29,645 nucleotides of DNA from Octopus sinensis (lineage: Eukaryota). This document shows, one piece after another, positions 10,313-20,720 of the stretch (its first letter is position 1; each line of letters starts with the position of its first letter). The stretch is taken from positions 1 to 29,645 of the forward strand of contig NW_021833180.1 of assembly GCF_006345805.1 (NCBI RefSeq). Direction: 5' to 3'. A model generated the notes under the pieces. The model was not told the DNA's origin, made no database searches, and worked only from the letters and a program-made list of their open reading frames with translations. The translations under genes were made by a program, and so were the position numbers.

Positions 10313-11062
10313 TTGCCTTGCAATTGTCAGCTGACTCTCTGTGTCATCTTTCATAACCAGCTCAGCAGCAATACTCCTTGTTTAATGTCATTAATCCGCT
10401 CGTTATTTCTACTTAGCGCTATAATTTACTGTGAGCTAATGATGGTCTTCTCACAGCCAACAATGACGTCTCTATACAGTCACATGATTTGCTAGAAATA
10501 ACAACGAGTCTCTCATAGAACCACATCCTGTTGCTGAAAAGTGAAAATACAAATGTCACAATGAAGTCCTAGATACACACGTCAGAGAAAAGTGGCTAAT
10601 AGTTACAGTTGGGACCATGTTTGATCATAAGGCTACTTGATCATGGTCAGCCTGGTGTTAAAAAATATCAGCAACAAGGAAGTATATTTAACAGTATTGT
10701 TGTTGTTCACTTCCTTTTGTCTTGGGAGACAATGGAGTTGCGCATAAAGCGATCCAGTCTGGTTTTTACATTTAATTTTACATCTCATGTCCTTTACATC
10801 TGCTGTGGTTGTATAGTCCTGTCCTGGACAAACACTCTCTCTGGCAGGTGACGCAGATGTAGCGAAGATTTTACCTGGCTGGTTGTGCTAAGTCAGAATA
10901 AAAGACGCGATCGTCACAGCCTTAAGCCCTTTAATTATAGGACTGCTGGATATCTGGCCTGTGGCTAAACAACAACAAGAACAACAAAGGGGGAAAATAT
11001 AATGTAGTCCGAGGTACACTTAATACTGTCTCTTAATGAGGGTTTCCTCTTGTTTTCCAGTA

Positions 11063-11775
11063 AACAAGGGTGGGCTGAAATGTTCAGAGGCTGACTGTGA
11101 AGGAACGACGCTAGAGATGTGAAATCTTGCATGTGTTAATTTCATCTCTTCTTATTAATAACTGCATTGTTTCTTTTTCCAGCTAAACTGACGACTGACT
11201 GTTCAAAGAATACTTCAAAAGTAACTAATAGCAATTACTCATGAAAAGGGACAAAATTTGGTATTGTGGTGTTATTAAAAACCTTCAGAAAAGGGTTTAG
11301 CCCCTGAGGGTATTCATGCTGACATAGTTGCTTCATTAAAGGATTACACTCATGTTTTATCAATAGTGCAAAAGTGGGCAGGTGAATTTAAGGGGCTAAC
11401 AGAACGTCTTGAAGATGACACAAGGTCTGGACGTCCTGCAACTGCCACCACTGAGGAAAACATTGGTCATATTCACCACATGGTGATTAGATTGACATTA
11501 TATCAAATAACCAAGCTGTGGTGCACCTGAGCACTGTATACAATAATTTCATTATTATTATTATTATTATTAGCATATCCCATGGGAGAGTTGAGAATAT
11601 TCTGCACAATGAACTTGGTATGATGAAGGTTTCTGCTCAGTGGGTGCTATGTCTTCTGATACCTGACCAAAAGCACACCAGGCTGATCACATCACAGGAA
11701 AATCTGACAATGTTTGAGGCAGTTCCAGCTGGTTTCCTTGAATATCTTCTAAGCCAAGAGGACAGTTTGGATGCC
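11063..11775 (+). pseudogene. Decayed mariner (Tc1/mariner) transposon: 5' TIR-like end plus N-terminal transposase with frameshifts and stops
   Basis: TIR-like caagggtgggctgaaatgttcagaggctgac. Translated pieces DKIWYCGVIK, LEDDTRSGRPATATTEENI and RVENILHNELGMMKVSAQWVLCLLIPDQK..RL match mariner HTH, the GRP linker and the WVP(H/R)xL motif. Confidence 0.88.
11513..11572 (+). mobile_element. SINE family D tail inserted in the mariner ORF
   Basis: gctgtggtgcacctgagcactgtatacaataatttc(att)n interrupts the transposase between YQIT and ISIS. Confidence 0.7.
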
Positions 11776-11925
11776 TAACTCTGTCAAATAGTTCCTTACC
11801 ATAATGCTAATCAGTGAACACCCTGGGAACAAACTTTGCACAAATTTTGCACATATTCAGATCTTCATGAATAATTCTTTGTGTGGTTGTCTCCAACTCC
11901 AAACTGTATTTTTGTTGTCATTATA

Positions 11926-12506
11926 GACGAAATCAAAATCGCTGACATGGCTGATGACAGTACCGCCTGATTGGCATTCTTGCCAGTGGAACGTTAAAAG
12001 CACATCTGAGCATCATTCATTCAACAATAAATTTTGCTTGCAAAGACCTATTGAGACAAGTGAAATCAAATCAAAATCGCTGGCGTGGCCAATGACAGTA
12101 CCACCTGATTGGCACTCATGCCAGTGGAATGTTAAAAGCACATCCGAGCATGATCGTTGCCAGGGTCACAGATTGGCTCCCGTGCTGGTGACATGTAAAA
12201 AGCATCATTTGAGCGTGATCGTTGCCAGTGTTGCCTTACCGGTATATGTGCCTGTGGCATGTGAAAAACAACATTCAAGCGTGATCGTTGCCAGTGCCGC
12301 CAAACTGGCCCTTGTGCCAGTGGCATGTAAAAGCACCCACTACACTCTCGGAGCAGTTGGCATTAGGAAGGGCATCCAGCTGTAGAAACTTTGCTAGATC
12401 AGATTGAGCATGGTGCAGCCTTCTTGCTCACCAGTCCTCAGTCAAACTGTCCAACCCATGCCAGCATGGAAAGCGGACATTAAACGATAATGATGATGAT
12501 GATGAT
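11926..12506 (+). mobile_element. SINE family C with internal tandem repeats and (GAT)n tail, inserted in the minus-strand mariner
   Basis: 3' part is the reverse complement of the 5005, 15420 and 27758 copies. An internal ~85-bp duplication and several gtggcatgtaaaagcac units are visible. Confidence 0.8.
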
Positions 12507-12867
12507 GGTCTTCATCAAGAAAGCTGCAAACTTTCTCAATCAGCTCCGATGTTCTGACTTCCCTCACCTTCCCACACATCTCATCATCTCCCACCTTCTC
12601 TTGTGTGCCAGCAAAAAAGTTCATCCAGAAGTAGTCTCAAGCATTACACAAATTTCTGTAGCACTTTTACCCAGTTTAATACAGAGCAGGTTTGTTGACT
12701 TGATATTGCCTTCATGACCAGACTGTATTCTACAAAACAAGTCAGCTGTTGCAAGCAATGTTTTGTAGCAGGTGTGTTCAAAGTGCTGTTGTATCTGTCT
12801 CTGTTCTTTCATCTGGAATAACAACAGTTGATAGGCCAGATTATTAGACGTAGAGTAATGATATATT

Positions 12868-13055
12868 CTTTTCTACTCTAGGCACAAGTAGGTGAGGGGC
12901 TTGTCAATTAGATCAACCCCAGCATGCAACGGGTACTTAATTTATCAACCCCGGAATAATGAAAGGCAAAGTTGACCTCAGAACGTAAAGACAGACGAAA
13001 TACTGCTAAGCATTTTACCTGGCATGCTAACATTTCTGCCAGCTTGCCGCCTTAA
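12868..13055 (-). mobile_element. SINE family E with a decayed 14-bp target-site duplication
   Basis: Homologous to 1442-1671 with an internal deletion. Flanked by agtaatgatatatt (12854-67) and agtaatggcatatt (13056-69). Confidence 0.8.
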
Positions 13056-13202
13056 AGTAATGGCATATTAAAATTATACCAATCTAAGACAGTTAAAAAT
13101 GTCTCTCCTGAAGGAGTTTCAAAACTTCTGGAACGCACCACATATATAAATACCAAATAGATATATAAAATTAGTGTGAATCTGTTTGACTAAACTAGGA
13201 AT

Positions 13203-13749
13203 ACTCTTTTACTGGTTTCAGTCATTTGACTGTGGCCATGCTGGAGCACCGCCTTTAGTCGAGCAAATCGACCCCACGAGTTATTCTTTGTAAGCCTAGT
13301 ACTTATTTTATCGGTCTCTTTTGCCAAACCGCTAAGTTACGGGGACGTAAACACATCAGCATCAGTTGTCAAGCGATGTTTGGGGGACTACACAGACACA
13401 CAAGCATATACACATACATAATATATATATATATGTGTATATATAAATATGTGGAGGTGCAATGGCCCAGTGGTTAGGGCAGCGGACTCGCGGTCGTAGG
13501 ATCGCGGTTTCGATTCCCAGACCGGGCGTTGTGTGTATTTATTGAGCGAAAACACCTAAAAAGCTCCACGAGGCTCCGGCAGGGGATGGTGATCCTGCTG
13601 TACTCTTTCACCACTCCTCCTCTCACTCTTTCTTCTGTTGGCCTGCTCGCTCAACCAGCGGGGTGGCGTCATTCGAAGGCTAAAACAATGCGAATGCATT
13701 GTGACCAGCGATGTCTAGCAACATCTGATGGTCTGGTCAGTCACGTGAT

Positions 13750-13795
<46 letters not shown>

Positions 13796-13944
13796 CGGGC
13801 TTCTATCAGTTTCCGTCTACCAAATCCACTCACAAGGCTTTGGTCAACCCAAGGCTATAGTAGAAGACACTTGCCCAAGGTGCCACGCAGTGGGACTGAA
13901 CCTGGAACCATGTGGTTGGTAAAGAAGCTACTTACCACACAGCC
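13203..13944 (-). mobile_element. SINE family A split by a family F insertion in its internal microsatellite
   Basis: Tail half at 13203-13420, head half at 13793-13944. Confidence 0.85.
13453..13757 (+). mobile_element. tRNA-derived SINE, head F, tail ending in (TCACGTGA)2
   Basis: Head ggaggtgcaatggcccagtggttagggcagcggactcgcggtcg...ggtttcgattccc is nearly identical to the 18265 head; the 3' half differs. Confidence 0.85.
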
Positions 13945-14046
13945 AGGATAAGTTTTTTTCAAGACACAGGCAGCATAAGATATGGCTCATCAACAGGTGA
14001 GCTATACTATAAAAGAAATTCAAGGTAACTTTAAGCAGAGGCAACA

Positions 14047-14197
14047 CTGTGTGATAAGAAGCTTGCTTCCCAATCACACAGTTGTGGGTTCAGTTCCATT
14101 ATGTGGCACCTTGGGCAAGTGTCTTCTACTTTAGCCTCAGGCTGACCAAATGCTTGTGCTTGGATTCAGGTGATAGAAACTAAAAGAAGCCTATCGT
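14047..14197 (+). mobile_element. Degenerate SINE family A, 5' half
   Basis: ctgtgtgataagaagcttgc...gggttcagttcc...ccttgggcaagtgtcttc...gaaactaaaagaagcc. Confidence 0.75.
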
Positions 14198-14352
14198 ATA
14201 TGTATATGTATATGTATATATAGTATATATATATATATATATCTATATGTATGTATGTAGTTATATGTATGTATGGTATGTATGTTATGATGATGTATGT
14301 ATGTATGATTTAGGTATGTATGTATGTATGTATGTAGGTATGTATGTATGTA

Positions 14353-14418
<66 letters not shown>

Positions 14419-14610
14419 ATACATATACATATATGTATACATACATACATATATATAAATATACACACATATATACACATATATATACTTGTATATATAT
14501 ACATATACATATACATATACATACATACATATATACATACATACATATATATATATGTGTGTGTGTGTGTATGTATGTATATATGTATGTATGTATATCA
14601 AATATATATC
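14198..14610. repeat. (TA)/(TATG)/(CATA) compound microsatellite
   Basis: Directly visible. Confidence 0.95.
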
Positions 14611-15224
14611 TGCCCACCATGAACCGATCCACTTGACCACCCATATTTAATCAAACCTTTTGTGGCATGACCAAGGAGGAAGAGATGGAGGTAGGAGGAA
14701 GTAGAGGGCTGTACTTCACGTTCTCCACATGAATTGAAGGACTCTCAGAGTGTCAGTTTTAGGGGGCGGCGGGTAGGAAGGAAAAATCTCCTTATATTTA
14801 TCAGTTATTAGTTTGGCCACAAAGGGGCAGTTGTGCCATCTGCAGCAAAGGAACCTGCATTGACGGTGGTGATGGGGTGGAGTTGGTGGTGGTGGTGGTG
14901 GTGGTGGGGACTGAGTGTTGTGGGGAGGTTGGGGTGAGGTATTTTTCTAGTGGTGGTATTCATGGTGGGTTTGAGTTTGAAATGACATCTGTTCTGATAT
15001 TGAACAGTGTGAACAGAACAGCAAAACGTGTGTATAACCCACAAGAGTAAAGAAGAGAGACAGAGACGGGCAGAAACAAGGGAAAATGCCCCTTGTATTT
15101 GAGTACCATGCAAATATTTTTTTTAAATACTTTTCATTCAATTTTAACCAAAATTTCATTTTTCCAAAATTTAATTGTTTTCCATACTTAGAGTTAAGAA
15201 ACTCTTCCTGACTGAAACCAATAC

Positions 15225-15450
<226 letters not shown>

Positions 15451-15633
15451 TTGAACGTCCGTTTTCCATGCTGGCATGGGTTGGACAGTTCAACTGGAGT
15501 CTGGGATGCCAGGAGGCTGCACCAGGCTCCAGTCTGATCTGGCAGTGATTCTACAGCTGGATGCCCTTCCTAATGCCAACCACTCCATGAGTGTAATGGG
15601 TGCCTTTTACATGCCACCAGCACAGGGGCCAGA

Positions 15634-15682
15634 GGTAGGTAGGTAGGTAGGTAGGTAGGTAGGTAGATAGATAGATACACAT

Positions 15683-15757
<75 letters not shown>

Positions 15758-15843
15758 GGTAGATAGATAGATAGATAGATAAATAGGTAGATAGATAGAT
15801 AGATAGATAGGTAGATAGATAGATAGATAGATAGATAAATAGG

Positions 15844-15905
<62 letters not shown>

Positions 15906-15987
15906 GGTAGATAGATAGATAGATAGATAAATAGGTAGATAGATAGATAGATAGGTAGATAGATAGATAGATAGATAGATAAATAGG

Positions 15988-16052
<65 letters not shown>

Positions 16053-16063
16053 TGATAGATAAA
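15634..16063. repeat. (AGGT)n then ~400 bp of (AGAT)n with recurrent AAAT-AGGT variants
   Basis: Directly visible. Confidence 0.97.
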
Positions 16064-16570
16064 CATGTATGTGCGTGTGTCTATATGTAAAGGAATGGGA
16101 TAAAAATAACTTTATACCTTCAGATATTTATTAAGTCATATATTTACGTAGCAATTGCAGAACAGAAACACCTCTACAATAGGTTGATGTTGCTTACTGG
16201 TTACTGCACAGCCTGGTTAAAGAAGACAAAATGTTTATGGAGTCTTATTTGCTTTATCAACCAAGCGAGACTTTCATAAACAATATTCTGGTCACTGAAC
16301 TTCTCTCAAAAAAAAAAAGAAAGAGAAAATTATTATGATAATAAATAACATAAGAAATACATCATGCAGAACAAGACTAAATGGGACACAAACTTGAGAA
16401 CAAGTTCAACTGTCCGAATTTATGTAAAGCAGTTGAACTAGAAACTATAATTAGGAATTTCTGGACACACAGACAAACAATAGATAAAGTAGTGTTAATG
16501 ATCTTAATGAAACAGAGTATTGCATAACGAGAGATAAGCATATGGTGAGATAGACAGGTTTTTACATATA

Positions 16571-16605
<35 letters not shown>

Positions 16606-16676
16606 ATGTGTGTGCATGTGTGTGTGTGTGTGTGTATATGTATGTATATATGTATGTATATGTATGTATATATATA

Positions 16677-16822
16677 GGCGTAGGAGTGGCTGTGTGGTAA
16701 GTAGCTTGTTTACCAACCACATGGTTCCGGGTTCAGTCCCACTGTGTGCCTACTATAGCCTCGGGTCGACCAAAGCCTTGTGAGTGGATTTGATAGATGG
16801 AAACTGAAAGAAGCCCATCATA
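16677..16822 (+). mobile_element. SINE family A 5' half with internal deletion
   Basis: ggcgtaggagtggctgtgtggtaag...; the CORE-like ccttgggcaagtgtc segment is missing. Confidence 0.85.
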
Positions 16823-16898
16823 TATATGTATATATATATATGTATGTATGTATGTGTATATATATATATATTATATATATATATTATATATATATATA

Positions 16899-17404
16899 TC
16901 CGTAATAATGAAGGGTGAAATTAATTAATTTGGAATAATTATCAATTACACCAAGTAGTCTTCGGCATGTAAAAGCCTCATTCGAGGAAAATTAAGTAAT
17001 ACTAAGCAATAAAGGGTTAGCAACGAATTGCCTTACCACATACCGAATTTAGAAATAGCAGTCAAAGAGTTATAGCTATTTCTTCTACTAAAAAGGAGAT
17101 CTCAGTAAAAACAGCAATTGGAAGGCAGACACAAACAGGTAAGAGAGAATGAATTGACGGCAATCTATCATACAATTTTAAGTTATCTACGGACGTAGAT
17201 ACGTACGTCCGTAGATAACTTAAAATTGTATGATAGATTGCCGTCAATTCATTCTCTCTTACCTGTTTGTGTCTGCCTTCCAATTGCTGTTTTTACTGAG
17301 ACCTCCCTTTTTAGTAGAAGAAATAGCTATAACTCTTTGACTGCTATTTCTAAATTCGGTATGTGGTAAGGCAATTCGTTGCTAAACCCTTTATTGCTTA
17401 GTAT

Positions 17405-17408
<4 letters not shown>
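16899..17408. mobile_element. Repeat inserted in (TA)n, containing a 414-bp palindrome; possibly a Penelope-like retroelement terminal fragment
   Basis: (TA)n on both sides. Palindrome 16995-17408 seen directly. Minus-strand UGA-GGC-N8-GCC-GAA hammerhead-like half-core at about 16960-16985. The Penelope assignment is inference. Confidence 0.5.
16995..17408. repeat. Near-perfect inverted repeat: arms 16995-17197 and 17204-17408, 6-nt spacer gatacg
   Basis: By-eye comparison finds only two 1-nt indels and one substitution between the arms. Confidence 0.97.
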
Positions 17409-17438
<30 letters not shown>

Positions 17439-17440
<2 letters not shown>

Positions 17441-17602
17441 GTGCATGAGCGGCAAAATGGTAAGTAGCTTGCTTTCCAACCACATGGTTCCAGGTTCCGT
17501 CTTACTGCGTGGCACCTTGGGCAAGTGTCATCTACTGTAGCCTCTGGCTGGCCAAAGCCTTGTGAGTGGATTTAGTGGATGGAAACTGAAAGAATCCCAT
17601 TG
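17439..17602 (+). mobile_element. SINE family A, 5' half
   Basis: ggtaagtagcttgctttccaaccacatggttcc...ccttgggcaagtgtc...ggaaactgaaagaatccc. Confidence 0.8.
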
Positions 17603-17743
17603 TATATGTATCATATATATATTGTATATATAATATGCACATAGAAACTTATATATACATATATATGACGGGCTTCTTTCAGTTTCCGTCTACACACATA
17701 TATCTATATATACATGTATATACATATATAGATATATGTATAT

Positions 17744-18153
17744 GGCGCATGAGTGGCTGTGTGTAAGTAGCTTGCTAACCAACCACATGGTTCCGGGTTC
17801 AGTCCCACTGCGTGGCATCTTGGGCAAGTGTCTTCTACTATAGCCTCGGGCTGACCAAAGCCTTGTGAGTGGATTTGGTAGACGGAAACTGAAAGAAGCC
17901 CGTCGTATATATATATATATATATGTATGCGTGTGTGTATTTGTGTGTCTGTGTTTGTCTCCCTAGCATTGCTTGACAACCGGTGCTGGTGTGTTTACGT
18001 CCCCGTCACTTAGCGGTTCGGCAAAAAGAGACCGATAGACTAAGTACTGGGCTTACAAAAAAGAATAAGTCCCGGGGTCAAGTTGCTCGATTAAAGGCGG
18101 TGCTCCAGCATGGCTGCAGTCAAATGACTGAAACAAGTAAAAGAGTAAAAGAG
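17744..18153 (+). mobile_element. Full-length SINE family A
   Basis: ggcgcatgagtggctgtg through gtaaaagagtaaaagag; very similar to 6821-7262. Confidence 0.92.
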
Positions 18154-18264
18154 ATATGCATAGACAATAATAAATAAGAGTCAAAATAATGTTTCTTCTT
18201 ATTTTACAAAGAAAATATCCACAATGATTATATAAATATCCAACGTAGCCTATGAAGCAAAACA

Positions 18265-18639
18265 GGAGGCGCAATGGCCAGTGGTTAGGGCAGAGGACTC
18301 GCGGTCGTAGGATCGCAGTTTCGATTCCCAGACCGGGCGTTGTGAGTGTTTATTGAGCGAAAACACCTGAAAGCTCCATGAGGCTCCGACAGGGGATGGT
18401 GGTGATCCCTGCTGTACTCTTTCGCCACAACTTTCTCTCACTCTTACTTCCTGTTTCTGTTGTACCTGTATTTCAAGGGGCTGGCCTTGTCACTCTCTGT
18501 GTCACGCTGAATATCCCCGAGAACTACGTTAAGGGTACACGTGCTGTGGAGTGCTCAGCCACTTACACGTTAATTTCACGAGCAGGCTGTTGATTGGATC
18601 AACCGGAACCCTCGTCGTCGTAACCGACGGAGTGCTTCC
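18265..18639 (+). mobile_element. Full-length SINE family F with a perfect target-site duplication
   Basis: atgaagcaaaacag at 18252-18265 and 18640-18653. tRNA-like head. 3' half shared with 28455-28629. Confidence 0.92.
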
Positions 18640-18993
18640 ATGAAGCAAAACAGCTTCTTCAGGGCTATCAATTGATATATTTTACACACACACATATACA
18701 GACCCATACTCTATTTGTTTCAGATTATTGGATTGTGGGCCATTTTGGGTGGGTCACCTCCTTGGAGGGTTTAAGTCAAACAACATCATCCCTTATTCTT
18801 TGGATCATTTTTGTCTTTTTTTGTATGAATCTGGTATTTCTTTTAGTTGTCTCTTATGCCAAACCATTAAATTATGGTGAGAAACAAACCAACACCAGTT
18901 GTCAAACAATGGAGTGGAAGACAAACACAGACACACAGACACACACATACACACACATTCACACACACACACACACACACATGCATGCATATG

Positions 18994-19278
18994 TCATCAT
19001 CATCATCATCATTATTATCATCGTTTAATATCTGCTTTCAATGCTGGCATGGGTTGGACAATTCGACCAGGGTCTGGGAAGCCAGGAAGTTGCACCAGGC
19101 TCCAGTCTGATCTGGAAGTGTTTCTACAGCTGGATGCCCTTCCTAACGCCAACCACTCCAAGAGTGTAGTGGGTGCTTTTTATGTGCCACCAGCACAGGG
19201 GCCAGGGGAGCTGGCATCATCCACAGTTGGATGGTGCTTTGTACGTGCCACTGGCATAGAGGTCACAAGTACAATTTC
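18994..19278 (-). mobile_element. SINE family C
   Basis: (cat)n tail plus family C body with two cgtgccac-type units. Confidence 0.85.
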
Positions 19279-19554
19279 CATTATAAATAATATATATATA
19301 TGTATATATATATTTGTATATATATAAGCTAATAGAAGTTGGAAAAGTTCCATCCAATTCTTAATATGGCGATTTGACAATCTCCAAATAAATTGCAGAA
19401 ATTTACAAAAAATTTCTCCTCTAAATTACAAATGAAAATAAAATTTATTTTTTTTGTTTGGTTGTATTTTTTAATCTTTAAATTTTTATATTTTCATTTT
19501 TCTGTTAAATTTTATTGAAATCTTTTACTGTTTTTTTTTTCCAACTGATGCAGC

Positions 19555-19562
19555 TTATTGTC

Positions 19563-19619
<57 letters not shown>

Positions 19620-19638
19620 GTCATCATCGTAATCATCG

Positions 19639-19670
<32 letters not shown>

Positions 19671-19698
19671 GTCATCATCATCATCGTCGTTGTCATCG

Positions 19699-19730
<32 letters not shown>

Positions 19731-20250
19731 GTCATCGTCATCATCATCATCATCATCATTTACATCACTGTTGTTTTCAATGTTGTTGTCATTAAGCTTA
19801 ACATTGTTGATCATCCATTGCTGTTCTCGCTACCATCGTCACCATCATCCTCACCACGGCCGCAACTGCCACCCACCGCTGCCACTACCACCACCATCAT
19901 CATCATTGTCATGGTCATCATTGTAGGCGTAGTCATCATCATCACCTTCATTACTCTCTAGACTACCATCATCATCATCGCTGCCACCCCACCACCACCA
20001 CCATCAGCTGTAGCAGCTGCATTAGTAGAAGCATCCCCACCACCACCACCACATTATTATCACCATCATCACCACATTAGCATTAGCAATATCATCCCCA
20101 ACCCTTGTTACCCCTCTCACCCACCATCACCATCACCATCACCATCACCATCACCATCACCATCATCATCATCATCACAAACAAAACTACACACAGTATG
20201 ACACTTCTTCTACGATAATCTTCTCTCCTCCTCCTCCTTCTCCTCTTCTT
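19555..20250. repeat. Cryptically simple trinucleotide region (CAT/CGT/CAC/CTC) abutting the T-box exon acceptor
   Basis: Directly visible. Confidence 0.9.
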
Positions 20251-20254
20251 ACAG

Positions 20255-20319
20255 ATTACTCGACTAAAAATCGCAAGAAATCCGTTTGCAAAAGGTTTCA
20301 GGAAAACGAACAAACACAG
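20255..20319 (+). CDS. T-box transcription factor, exon with the DNA-recognition helices (65 nt, phase 0-2)
   Basis: Acceptor (ctc)n-ttcttacAG (20253-54), donor cacag|GTATTG (20320). Encodes ITRLKIARNPFAKGFRKTNKH(R/S), the T-box IT.LKI..NPFAKGFR signature, in frame with the 7454-7597 exon. Confidence 0.95.
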
Positions 20320-20358
20320 GTATTGTAAATTTGTGATGTTTTCAAATATTTAACACAC

Positions 20359-20393
<35 letters not shown>

Positions 20394-20397
<4 letters not shown>

Positions 20398-20720
20398 TCA
20401 GTGGTTAGAGCGTCGAGCTTATGATTGTGAGGTTGTGAGCTCGAATCCCGGACCGGGCTGCGTGTTGTGTTCTTGAGCAAGGCACTTTATTTCACGTTGC
20501 TCCAGTTCACTCAGCTGTAGAAATGAGTTGCGACATCACTGGTGCCAAGCTGTATCGACCTTTGTCTTTCCCTTGGATAACACTGGTGGCGTGGAGAGGG
20601 GAGGCTGGTATGCATGGGTGACTACTGGTCTTCCATAAACAACCTTGCCCGGACTTGTGTGTAGGAGGGTAACTTTCTAGGTGCAATCCCATGGTTATTC
20701 ATGACCGAAGGGGGTCTTTT
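20394..20720 (+). mobile_element. tRNA-derived SINE (B-like head, CORE-like centre, distinct tail)
   Basis: tggctcagtggttagagc and gagctcgaatccc boxes. Centre ttcttgagcaaggcactttatttcacgttgctccag shared with the 3367 and 28319 copies. Confidence 0.85.

Larger units (their letters stand above)
11776..13144 (-). pseudogene. Second, different decayed mariner on the minus strand, fragmented by two SINEs
   Basis: TA plus TIR-like end at 13116-13144 (minus: tatgtggtgcgttccagaagttttgaaac). CIKLGKSATEIC.ML and VGDDEMCGK...IEKVCSFLDED at 12500-12720. QRIIHEDLNMCKICAKFVPRVFTD at about 11810-11900. Confidence 0.8.

Noticed and set aside
11929-12345. Repeat-spacer-like pattern that could suggest a CRISPR array
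   Set aside because: Eukaryotic context, degenerate unequal repeats, non-unique spacers and no cas genes; these are internal SINE repeats.
16403-16439. Perfect 10-bp inverted repeat agttcaactg/cagttgaact with a 17-nt spacer
   Set aside because: Too short and isolated to separate from chance.
19512-19814. Poly-Asp ORF reminiscent of molluscan acidic shell proteins
   Set aside because: It is the reverse strand of a (CAT)n tract, has no signal peptide, is open in several frames and lies antisense in an intron. I noted that many interruptions are synonymous (GAT/GAC), but an internal ~60-bp duplication explains this without selection.
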